Below are positions 1 to 11,221 of a stretch of DNA of 64,000 nucleotides, piece by piece (position 1 is the first letter of the stretch; each line of letters begins with the position of its first letter). The translations under genes and the position numbers were made by a program. Source of the DNA: Octopus sinensis (Eukaryota); contig NC_043004.1 in assembly GCF_006345805.1 (NCBI RefSeq), positions 47,058,001 through 47,122,000 of the forward strand, given 5' to 3'. The notes beneath the pieces are model-generated. The model worked only from the letters and a program-made list of their open reading frames with translations. It did not search any database and was not told the DNA's origin.

Positions 1-126
1 ATCTTTGGTGGTAGAGGTGTTGGAGTGAGAGAAACAAGAGAGTTTATAAATGATAGGAAAGCTTGGACAGTGTTTGTGGACGGATTACTGAATCTTGAAT
101 GTTACCCAAAGTTACCGCGGGAGTAA
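1..126 (+). mobile_element. Possible 3' end of an RTE/CR1-type LINE ORF2, cut by the window start
   Basis: Frame 1 reads IFGGRGVGVRETREFINDRKAWTVFVDGL...*. The 'DR..W..FV' motif resembles RT C-termini of APE-type LINEs. Short match only. Confidence 0.3.
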
Positions 127-266
127 GCCAGAATATGCTGTCGGGCCCCGCTACTGATATTGGAGTTGCATTATATGCCTTGAGCCGTGCAGAGAAGGGA
201 GCTCGCCTCTTGGAGCTAAGCAATGAATGGAATGCATGATATATATATATATATATAATATATATA

Positions 267-300
<34 letters not shown>

Positions 301-813
301 TAATTCAGGTGAACACAGACACACAGAGGAGAGCGCTCATGTAAATACGCACACTTAACTTACACACATTCAAATCTAATAATGGCGCTGTTATACATAT
401 AAATTACTGTATATCTGGCAATGTAAGTGATTCAGATCCTACTTATAAATATGTATACGCAAAAGCATACGTAAATACACGATTACATAATACTAGCAGA
501 CTTTCTTTCATAGTCAAACACGTAACCAGGATATACGCACATAAACCCGCGCCTACGCACATATATATTTTCTTCTTCCGTTCTATCTGATGTTACGTTT
601 GTTTAAGAATGATTTACACTTGTTTATATTCCATTATATTCGCCAAATACTTTACTTGTCAATAATAGTTTTCCTTCCTAGTTTGTTCTTTATCGTTTTC
701 CTTTCAATTATATATATTTTATTGTAATATGTATCACATATTTCTGCATTCATTCTTTCCATTATAATAATGCTTTCCGTTTTAGTGTTTAGATTTAGTT
801 ATTTGATATAACT

Positions 814-885
814 TTTTCCATTTTCTCTATACAGGTTTTTCAATATTTACATTCCTATATATATATATATATATAATATATATAT

Positions 886-936
<51 letters not shown>

Positions 937-989
937 TAGATATAGAGGAATGTAAATATCGAAAAAACCTGTATACAAAAAATGGAAAA
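814..989. repeat. Quasi-palindrome: ~44-bp inverted arms flanking a (TA)n tract
   Basis: 814-856 (ttttccattttctctatacaggtttttcaatatttacattcct) is the reverse complement of 946-989 (aggaatgtaaatatcgaaaaaacctgtatacaaaaaatggaaaa) with a few mismatches. The spacer is mostly self-complementary (TA)n. Confidence 0.85.
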
Positions 990-1057
990 TATATATACAC
1001 GCGCACACACACACGCACACACACACAACACACACACACACACAGACACACACACAC

Positions 1058-1102
<45 letters not shown>

Positions 1103-1585
1103 GTGTGTGTGTGTGTGTGTGTGTGTGTTGTGTGTGTGTGTGTGTGTGTATGTATATTATTCAATCATTTGAAATAGTTTACAGTAAACTGTGAATCAAA
1201 TACTATTACTGTAGAGAAATTTATTATAGAAATATTTCGTTCTACCACTCTAGATATCTAATGCCTGAAAGGGAGCGCGTTACTTCAAGCTTTCGGAATA
1301 TAATCTTCTATCAGTTTAATTTAAAATATACTTTGAAAAAAAACAAAGCAATGTTCCTTCAAACATATACACTTTGACACATCAGATGCAATAAGAATAT
1401 AAAATCGCGCTTGCATGAATTCGCAAGAATTATAGTTATCTAGTATACCGCGTTTTGGAAAGCTGAGAGTGAGAAATATCCTGAAAACAATAGCGAGTTT
1501 TGTTCAGAACGTCCAATTTCTTCCTTATGTGGGCTGCGTTTTTGCCTTCGTCGATATTCTTTATGGCAAAAATATTCATACATAT

Positions 1586-1727
1586 GTTGTAATCTACTGC
1601 GAGAGCTGGCTTCCCAACAATATGCTTCCAGAACGAATCCCACAGCGTGGTACATTTGCATGGCGTCGGGTCGACCAAAACCTTGTGAGCGGGCTTCGTA
1701 GACGGAAACTGAACGAGATCCTTCGTG

Positions 1728-1790
<63 letters not shown>

Positions 1791-1917
1791 CATACATATA
1801 TATATATATATACATAGATACATATACGTATATATATGTATATATACATATATATATAAATATATATATATATACATGTATATATGTATATATACACACA
1901 CACACACACACATACAT

Positions 1918-1957
<40 letters not shown>

Positions 1958-2335
1958 CATATATATATATATGTATATATATTTATATATATATATATAA
2001 TATATATATATATATGTATGTATATTTATATACGTGTGTGTTTGTAAGTGTAGTGTACATGTATGTATGTGTGGGTGTTGGTCTGTGAATTTGTCTCTGT
2101 ATGTATATGTATATGTCTTTGTGTCTGTGTTGGTTCTCCACCTCCGCTTGACAACGGATTTTGGTGTGTCTACGTCCCTGTAACATAGCGATTCTGGAAA
2201 AAGGAGACAAATAAAAAAAAGTACCAGGCTTAAAAATAAGTACTGGGGTCGATTCTTTCTTTCAACTAAATATTTTTCAATGCGGTGCCATAGAATGGCC
2301 GCGGTATACTGGCTGAAACGAGTAAAATACAAAAG
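1586..2335 (+). mobile_element. tRNA-derived SINE (family 2) with an expanded internal microsatellite
   Basis: Head 1586-1725 (...cccacagcgtgg...gtcgaccaaaaccttgtgag...tagacggaaactgaa) and body/tail 2110-2335 (gcttgacaacgg...gcggtgccatagaatggccgcgg...ctgaaacgagtaaaa) match the reverse complement of the copy at 44050-44476. TA/CA repeats fill 1730-2110. Confidence 0.75.
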
Positions 2336-3173
2336 GTAGGTCGGACTAAAATATTTCCTTCACAGTGAACCGGAGCCTGTAGTAGAAAACAGTAGACGAA
2401 ACTTTTTCAGTTTCACCGCCTTTGCTAAGACGATAGTGGATATTGAAGATATTCACTACGGAGCCATATTTCTAACTTTTGTTAACACAAATATTCTATA
2501 GGTGTTTGAAGTAATGTCTATTGAAATGATTGTATTTAGTGTAAAGAGACAATTCAAGTTACATATATACATGTTCATGGAATTTAATATATTTAATAGT
2601 TGGCTTTCAATGAAGCTACAATCAGATTATTTTCAAAATTTACATCAATTTCTTATTGATCTTATATTGAAATATTGCAGATCAAATAGGAAATATTAAA
2701 TACGTTTTTCTAAGTGCATTATTTTACACTAAAGGAAACATGCTGAAATAATTGTATCCAATAAATAACAGAACGTAAGATTATTGGAGTTTAGAGGGTT
2801 GCCAAAAAAATCTCATATGCCTTTATGAAAACTTCGGAATTTTGTAATTTTTAATATCTCAATCGATTTGAAATTAAAATGTCTCTAAAGAGAATATTTC
2901 CATTGAAAATATTTATGAAAAGCAAACATCCATTAATCCAAGTCTGAGCGCATTTTGATGTGTTACTACTAGTTTTTAATCACTAATTCGACTGTAACGT
3001 TAACACAAATACAATATCTTCAAATTCGCTTCATATTATCTATCTATGTGCCTGTCTGTCTGACGTTCTATCACTCTACCTACATATACTGTCACTCTAC
3101 CTACATATACACTTATGTATGTGTGTGTACGTCTGTGAAGGCATACTCCTGTATGTTTATTTATAGCTTTACG

Positions 3174-3216
<43 letters not shown>

Positions 3217-3319
3217 CAATTTAGGGTAGAAATTGATATTTATCAATTAGAACCAGTGGTCTAGCATATTAAAAAAAGAATCCGAAGATTAAAATATTTA
3301 TATATACCAATATATATAC

Positions 3320-3475
3320 CACGAAAAGTGGACAGTCAACATGCTAGATATAGATGTCACATCGCCATTCTCCACAAAAGATTATGTTCTCAGATCAAAC
3401 TCAGAGAACATAATCTTTTGTGGAGAATGGCGATTTGACGTCTATATCTAGCATGTTGACTGTCCACTTTTCGTG
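3320..3475. repeat. Near-perfect 72-bp inverted repeat with a 12-nt loop
   Basis: Arms 3320-3391 and 3404-3475 differ at 2 positions; the loop is agatcaaactca. (TA)n lies on both sides. Confidence 0.95.
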
Positions 3476-3489
3476 TTCAGTCCTTAATT

Positions 3490-3543
<54 letters not shown>

Positions 3544-3610
3544 ATATACATATACATATATAACAAATTAAAAGGAGTTGCTTATTAGCAATTAGGACAT
3601 AAGGTCAAAA

Positions 3611-4147
3611 TTAATACAGGCGTCAAAACGAAAGAGGCTACTGACTAGCACTGCTTTTGCTAAAAATAGCAGTTAAAACAACTAAAAATCCACAAAAGCA
3701 CAGTCTTAATGATTGACAGTGCTTTTGTTGTGGGTTTTCAGTTATTTTAACTCATATTTTTAGCAAAAGTGTTGCTAGACAGTATCCTCTGTCACTTTTG
3801 TGACCTCTAATAGATTTGTCTTTAGATTCTATTTGCAAATTTGCTACCCATTTTAATTTATTTTCCCGTTTATCGGTTTGGAAATCAGCACATGTTTTCA
3901 ACGGTTTTTCTCATAAGACTGACAGAGGAAGTTGAGTTTAACTCTAGGCGTTAAGTGTCACTTATGAGGGTGATGAGGTGGTCTGCATAAAAATCCGAAA
4001 TCGCGATCCATCTATGTAAGCTGGACCCATACCTCGCTTTGTGAGTCACTAAGACAGTGCTTTTGTGTCTTTTGGGCTGTTTTAAATCTTATTTTTAACA
4101 AAAGCGGTGTAGTAAGTAACTGCTTCCTCTTTTGTGACATCTATTAA
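3611..4147. repeat. Degenerate foldback/MITE-like element with one left arm and two right arms
   Basis: 3611-3714 is an imperfect reverse complement of both 3715-3800 and 4045-4147. The shared core is gacagtgcttttg...tttttagcaaaag...ttttgtgac. Confidence 0.75.
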
Positions 4148-4172
4148 TCCATACATATATATGTCTACATAA

Positions 4173-4403
4173 GGCGGCGAGCTGGCAGAAACGGTAGCAC
4201 ACCGGGCGAAATGCGTAGCCGTATTTCATCTGCCGTTACGTTCTGAGTTCAAATTCCGCCGAGGTTGACTTTGCCTTTCATCCTTTCGGGGTCGATAAAT
4301 TAAGTACCAGTTATGCACTGGGGTCGATGGAATCGACTTAATCGCTTTGTCTGTCCTTGTTTGTCCCCTCTGTGTTTAGCCCCTTGTGGGTAGTAAAGAA
4401 ATA
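4173..4403 (+). mobile_element. tRNA-derived SINE (family 1)
   Basis: A-box-like ggcgagctggcagaa, B-box gagttcaaattcc (4245-4257), conserved central block gactttgcctttcatcctttcggggtcgataaattaagtaccag, and an end in (TA)n. A second copy is at 20748-20965. Confidence 0.9.
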
Positions 4404-4444
4404 TATATATGTCTACATACATACATACATACATACATATTTAT

Positions 4445-4487
<43 letters not shown>

Positions 4488-4500
4488 TATATATATATTT

Positions 4501-4578
<78 letters not shown>

Positions 4579-4647
4579 GTATATATACACATATATTCAG
4601 AGAGAGACAGAGAGACTGGCAGATAGACACAGAGAAAGACAGACAGG

Positions 4648-4756
<109 letters not shown>

Positions 4757-5902
4757 GCTTGTGTTGGACGATATATGATCGGATTCGTGGCAACAATCAG
4801 AGATTGTCTTTATAAAAATTACAAGTGATAAGATGCAAGTATTTCTAAATACAGATGAAGAAACTAAATACTGCATCCCGTATAAAGACACCGCTCAGCT
4901 AAATCATTTCTTACAATGTATAAATTATTTCGGAAATACTGGAAACATACTAGCATCCAACCTTGTCTATTTGTCTGATATTTTGCTTCATGTATTGATG
5001 TATGATAATATTAATGCAAGTATTCACTATCGAAATATCAGATGATGGCCTATGTGAGTAGACAGTCTATTATCTTAGTAAAATTGTTTGCTTCTATCCT
5101 CGGAGCCATAGACAATTATTCTATGTTATGTACAAAACAAAGCAATTACTTTCCACACAATAACTCACACAATCATATTTCTAATTAAACATAATACGTA
5201 CAAGTCTCATATACCACAACACATAAAAACGCCCTCTCATACACGCACTCTCGCGCATATTTATATTTTAAGTGTGTGTGTGTGTGCGCGTGTGTGTGTT
5301 TCTGCGTATGTATATTTGTATGCAGGGCCTGTATTCTTCATATGACATTTGATTTGAAATATATCGTACAAAAGCTCTTTGTTTTAGACCAGACGCAATT
5401 ATTTTTCAATTGAATAACAACACACAAGACAAGTGCCTCTGCGAAACTCCTTCTGTCAATTGATCTCTGTTTACATTGTCTAGACAGACTCGTCAGTAAA
5501 GAAAACGACAGACATCATTACATATGTTTAGAGTTAATGAGCAATTAAGTTCACTATTAAGAATATTTCATACTTCTGATGAAATCTTACGTTCAGAACG
5601 GCAAACTTATATGGATTGACATCCGAAACATGTACATCATTACTATTGTATTTGTTATTTGTTTTAGCTTTATCTTAATAATGTCAATCATCATCCAATT
5701 TTTCTTTGAAATTTAACTAGGATAACAAACGTGATTTATTTAGTTTTTTCCGGTATTATCTTTATCTTCAATGCATTCTAGACACCCTTAAGAATCTGAT
5801 CACATCTTCATATTCTAACATGTTGTATTGAAAAATATTAAAATATTTGCGGGTCAGAAAATGATGCAATGCTACCAAAATGTATCAAGCTATCCATCCA
5901 TA

Positions 5903-6061
<159 letters not shown>

Positions 6062-7015
6062 ATATCACTCTTTCGCTCTTTCACTCTCATTTTATCTACG
6101 CCCGTCTCATCAACAGCTCAATATCCTGAAGATGGCATTCATTGAATGAACTTTTTAAAAAACAAAATCTTTCATCAATTGAGCGGACGTGCCAACTGTA
6201 CTTAACGATTAATATGGTTGTTAAGATTGCGTCTTCTTGTCGTAAGAAGTATTAGTCATTCTATTAAGTATTGTGAATTTTACTACATATTGTTCTTATA
6301 ATCAAATTATAAAATTTGATTCGTATCTGACTATATCATTGGGAGTCTGATGCCTTATGCAATTTTCGAAAGAGTATTCAAAATCTATTTATTTCTTTAT
6401 GGTTTCCCCGGTGTCCACGTCGGGATATTTCCTTTAAAACCGCCGAACGTTTAACCTAGCTGATAAAAGAGACTACATTTCAAAATTTTCTTAGTTTCTT
6501 TATGTTTCTGGAATTTTTTTTTTTTCTGTTTTTGGAATTAATTTCTTTATATTATCTCTCGTAGAAGACTATGCTGCCATTGTGCGGATGAGTCATTTCA
6601 TAAAGCGTATAACTGATAAGTCAATTGTTTCTATAACCATACCACATCTTTAGTAAGCAGTTCAAATTCTTTTGTTATGCTCTAATAAAATCGATACGGG
6701 TAAGAATTGTACCATTTATAAAAATTAACTCATATCACAAGTGTGAAAGACAAAGAAAATGTGATATCATTCTGCTGAAATATAGTTTGCTGCAAAACAT
6801 TAGGGCCAAAAGCTTTTATAGTTTATTATATCGGAAAGTAGATCATTGTTGACATCCAGATATATTTCTTGCATCATAAGCTCCAGACAATTGTGTTTAA
6901 TATCTCATTTGTTTTGAGATCAATAAAAGATACAGCAACAAAAAATTGTCAAACGTGCAGGATCAAAGACAGATTCAGTTATCGTCATAAACCCTGATTC
7001 ACATTATAATGCGAT

Positions 7016-7429
7016 CTTTTCTGTTTGAACGGCAGTTTTTAACATAATTTCTAGGTAACTAAAACAATTTTAACTTCGTATAGTGGTAGAATGTGTTTAT
7101 AAAACGTCTTTTTCTTTTGGCTTTATTGAGAAAATTCTATAGTTTGTAGGATATTTCTTTATCTTCAATTTCTGCAATTTCAAACAATCAGTGACGTCTA
7201 TTGAGTTAAAAAGCATTCTGTGCCGTATGAATATGTCCCGCGGTTAAGAAACGGATTGGGTTTATTTACATTTGTGAAGAAAAACAGGTACCCTTCCCCC
7301 ACCCCTAACCCGAACTCTAACCCTTACCCTAAAAGAGATTGAAATGCAATAGATCGATTTTAGGGTCATAATTATGGGTGACAATTTCATGTAACACCGC
7401 TAGAAAAAACTGCCGTTCAAACCGAAAAG
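7016..7429. mobile_element. MITE-like element with 25-bp TIRs and internal (CCCTAA)-like repeats
   Basis: cttttctgtttgaacggcagttttt (7016-7040) and aaaaactgccgttcaaaccgaaaag (7405-7429) are inverted with one mismatch. Internal cccctaacccgaactctaacccttaccctaa lies at ~7302-7332. No TSD identified. Confidence 0.8.
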
Positions 7430-8607
7430 TTCCTTAAAATATAAGTGTTGTACTGTGTCAGTGATCATTTTAATACGCACCTAACAAAGTGTCGAATAAA
7501 AAGTAATATTATTTTTGGTATCGTTAAAATCATGTCAGAAATGCAGGTCATGTGACATATGAACCATCGCACAGAAACATGCGCATACATAAACACGCAA
7601 GCATACATTTACAGATTGGCAGAAACACACAAAAAGTTCACACAGCACAACTCATAAAATAGATTATAACATCTGTATTATAAATTTCGTGAACAGTGTA
7701 TATTCGGTCACATATAATGCTAAATTCATAAACAAGGCAAGTTCTAGAATTCTTAGCTTTGTGGAGGTAGAGACAAATGTCTATCGATTAACATATAATT
7801 TTCATTATGTGCTAATCAATAGGAAGTCAAGAATGGGAGGAAGAAACATTTAGGTATTTGTGTCGTGTGGTATATAGTTATATAACACCGTGTTCTTTGT
7901 TTAATTCTGTGACAAACATTATTTCCACAGAAGTATAGAAAAACGAAAAGAAATGGTAAAAATGATCTTGCCTCTTACATTAAAACAAAATAGGAGAAAA
8001 ACTAAGTGGGAAAACAAAGTATTTCGAATAAACATATGAGAGAAACAAAGAAAGACAAAAGACAATGAGAATTTTTTTAAAATTCATATATAGATACGTG
8101 ATCATTTTCAAATATATTTTTAACCACAATTCTGTAAAATGAAGAGAAATTCTTGGGGGAAGAACTAGAGAAAATAATAACTGAAGATAGAGAAACAAAT
8201 AATTGTAACATGTAAAGAAAAATCGCATTTAGATACATGAGAAGACAATGTATCCAATAGATATAAAGATATAGACTAACCCTACATAGGAAGAACGTGT
8301 AAGAACATAATTGGTTGGCTACAAAACGTATCAACAGAACAAAAAGTGAGAACAATTCAGCCTATATTTGTTTCAACAAATTTTTGTTCACGTAGAATTG
8401 AAAAACATGTGGGTGTGTATGTACTTGTGTTTGTATGCGTTTGTATATAGATATGCAGCATGTACCTGTAGATACATACAGACATATGCATATATATATG
8501 TATATAATTAATATAAACATGAAAGCACAAACAGAAAACACAACAATGCGAGGACGTGGAACAAGTATAGTAATATTGGACGCTCAGGAATGAAGCAAAG
8601 AAGGAGG

Positions 8608-8642
8608 GTTTAACGTTTCGAGCGGAGCTCTTCGTCAGAAAC
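8608..8642 (-). ncRNA. Minimal type I hammerhead ribozyme motif (Penelope-like-element type)
   Basis: Minus strand reads GUUU-CUGACGA-A-GAGC(UCC)GCUC-GAAACGUU-AAAC: intact core, 4-bp stems I and II, palindromic AACGUU stem III, GUU cleavage triplet. Confidence 0.75.
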
Positions 8643-8789
8643 ATAGGAAAAGAAAGATCCAAAGAAGGGAAGACGGAGGAAAAAAATCGCCAACGGTACA
8701 CATGCGGTCACATTTTGAATATATATATGTGTGTGTGTGTGTGTTCGCGTATACAGATGGTGGTTATCTACTCCTTATACAGAGTTTGA

Positions 8790-10130
8790 ATTGAACACCT
8801 CCAGCACTTAGATCTTAGAACCATCATGGCATTCGATGTGGCTTTTTAAACCAGACAATGTACGGAAAAGACACCCACATAGTTTGTATAACCGATTTGG
8901 ACCACCAAGATCTGCAGATAAGTTGCGATCTTTGTGGATCTTAAAATGTCTTTTGAATCCTCCGTTAGATTTGCAAACCTTCTGGCATACATTGCTTTCA
9001 AAAGCTTGCGCAGATATATAGGCAGAGTGGTTGGTGTAGGTTCGTTTTCCATGGGTTCGCAAATGAGATTTGATCTCAACAAAAGAATGGCATAGACTGT
9101 CAAAAAATGTGCGCACAAAAAGGTCATTGTTATTCATCTTCTCCATCCTAATATTCTTCCGTAAATCTCTGTTGCCTCTTGCATGCGTTATCCTGGCCTC
9201 TTGAAACGCTTTCACTCCATTCTACACTTCTCCGCCATCCAGGTCGACCCGAAACCAGGGTTTCTATATCCTTTGGCTCTATTCCAAGTGATTTGATATC
9301 AGTCTTTATGCCGTCCTTAAACATTTTTTTAAGGTTTACTCCGATAGAGTCTCTCCTCTGCAAGCTCACTATAAAACAGCTGTTTGGGCATATGTTTATA
9401 CGCTACTCGAATAATATGGCCACACCATCTGATTTGGCTTCTCAAAATGGTAGATTTAGTTGAGTTGATGCCTGCAGATGTAATGACATCTGTGTTTAGA
9501 GTAAAAGAACTCCATATAATGTTTAAAATTGCGATGAAGTCTTTTTTGGTGGAATTGTTCAAACGATTTAAAATGTTTTTCATAGCATGTCCATGTTTTA
9601 TAGCAATACAACAGGGATTGTAAGACAAATGATTTGTAAAGAGTCAACTATGTTTTCTTATTTATATGTCGCTGGCATAAAACGCGTGATGCCAAACCAG
9701 GAAGTGCTTTTGCTGCGCTTTGAATTCGCAGATGCATTTCTGTATCCAGCTTTCCCTCATTTTGTACAGAGCTTCCAAGGTAGATGGAGAAATCAACCAC
9801 TTCAAGTAACTTACCCTTAACGAAAATTTCAGTGGGGTTACAAATAGCACTACACGGAGGTTGATGCATTACAACTGCTTTTTTTTCAAGCTGATGGTCA
9901 CATTCCATGTTCGATATTTTATGTAAATACCCACCTCAGAGTCTTGAAGAGCGTGTGACAACACGACCGTACAGTATATTGAAAGGTGTGTCGGTGCATC
10001 AATCTCCCCTTGCTTTACTCCATTTTCCACAGCAAACATTTCAGAGAGTCTACCTCCAAACTTATCTCAAGCTTTCATATCTTTGTGCAAATCCCTGATC
10101 ATTTTCCGTGAATATCAATACAGCAGTTGA
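8790..10130 (-). mobile_element. Decayed RTE-clade LINE, 3' part of ORF2
   Basis: Broken frames give FAVENGVKQGE, YLGSSV..EMHLRIQSA, LLYCYKTWT, QIRWCGHIIRV..MPKQLFYSEL, GRPGWR and C-terminal C2H2-like CQKVCKSNGGFKRHFKIH / CGCLFRTLSGLKSH. The YADD region is deleted. Confidence 0.9.
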
Positions 10131-10325
10131 TTAGATCAAGTAATGTAGTTCGTTGATATGCAGTGTAGATATGGCCATTATTACTTCTAAGGCTCTGTTG
10201 TATCTATTCATCCTTTTACAGAGCTGTTTATTTTTCATCATTATCATCATTATTATTACTATTATTATTACTATTATTATTGTCATTATTATCATTGTTA
10301 TTATTATTATTATTATTATTACTAT

Positions 10326-11008
10326 TGAGTGAGCGAGCAGAGCATGCCATCAAAGTGTCACTGGGGTAAAATATACGAAGCCCAGTATACCCATCATGAC
10401 TACCCGTCTGATAAGGGTACACCAGGCACATGCATCACAACCATGTGTGCGGGACATGGTGATCTCATATCAAGATAAACAGCACATGACCTTGCAGGTG
10501 GAGCCCAGTTAGATGCTCCCCCACTACTTCTGCTCGTGATCAGAGATGCACATATCGTCAGCCACTAAGGGACATGCTCAACTGGTTATGGTCAAACAAC
10601 TGACAAGCAAATCTGTGGTATTGAGCAGAATATTTGCTGTAGCCCATCTTTTATACCAAGACAAAACAATGTACATGATAACACTTCCAATCAGTTAAGA
10701 TCAGAAGCCACGAGAGCCACTGCCTGGTACTGCATCAGGGCATTGGTACTGCATCAGGGCATAGGTACTGCATCAGTGCATTGGTACTGCATCAGGGCAT
10801 TGGTACTGCATCAGGGAATTGGTACTGCATCAGGGCATTGGTACTGCATCAGGGCATTGGTTCTGCATCAGGGCATTGGTACTGCATCAGGACATTGGTA
10901 CTGCATCAGGGCATTGGTACTGCATCAGGGCATTTATACTGCATCAGGGCATTGGTACTGCATCAGGGCATTGGTACTGCATCAGGGCATTGGTACTGCA
11001 TCAGGGCA
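10326..11008 (-). mobile_element. Non-coding element embedded in (TAA)n, probably a non-autonomous partner of R4/Dong-like LINEs
   Basis: Homologous to 46493-47030 but lacks ~130 bp between gttag and atgctccc. (TTA)n flanks both sides. Strand is inferred from the (TAA)n polarity shared with the RLE elements in this window. Confidence 0.7.
10724..11008. repeat. 19-bp minisatellite (ttggtactgcatcagggca) x15
   Basis: Fifteen head-to-tail units counted, five carrying substitutions, with no spacers. Confidence 0.97.
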
Positions 11009-11016
11009 CTTATTAC

Positions 11017-11061
<45 letters not shown>

Positions 11062-11221
11062 CATTATTATTATTGTTAAGAAGAAGAAGAAGAAGATGGT
11101 GATGATGAGGAGGAGGAGGTGGAGGAGGAAGAGAAGAAGAAGAAGGAGAGGAAGAGAAGAAGAAGAAGAAGAAGAAGAAGAAGAAGAAGAAGAAGAAGAA
11201 GAAGAAGAAAGAGGAAGAAGA
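11009..11221. repeat. Compound trinucleotide tract (TTA)n-(AAG)n-(GAG)n-(AAG)n
   Basis: Directly visible. Confidence 0.95.

Noticed and set aside
827-2210. Many 60-298 aa ORFs rich in YI/IY/CV/HT, here and at similar tracts throughout the window
   Set aside because: They are translations of (TA)n, (CA)n and (CTAT)n, which lack stops. The 298-aa ORF at 1436-2332 is an antisense read through a SINE and its microsatellite.
4173-4260. tRNA gene (also considered at 29430-29506, 43850-43922 and 44400-44476)
   Set aside because: A/B boxes are present but I could not form a full cloverleaf, and each continues into a shared SINE body.
6126-6152. Hammerhead-like CTGAAGA-T-GGCATTCA-T-TGAATG
   Set aside because: No GAAA, stem III or stem I follows; at most a truncated remnant.
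7302-7332. Telomere or interstitial fusion site
   Set aside because: Only a few degenerate units, enclosed within TIRs.
10724-11008. CRISPR-like regular repeat and the repetitive ORFs over it (MVLHQGIGTASGHW..)
   Set aside because: Units are head-to-tail with no spacers, there are no cas genes, and the context is eukaryotic. The ORFs arise from the 57-nt periodicity of three units.
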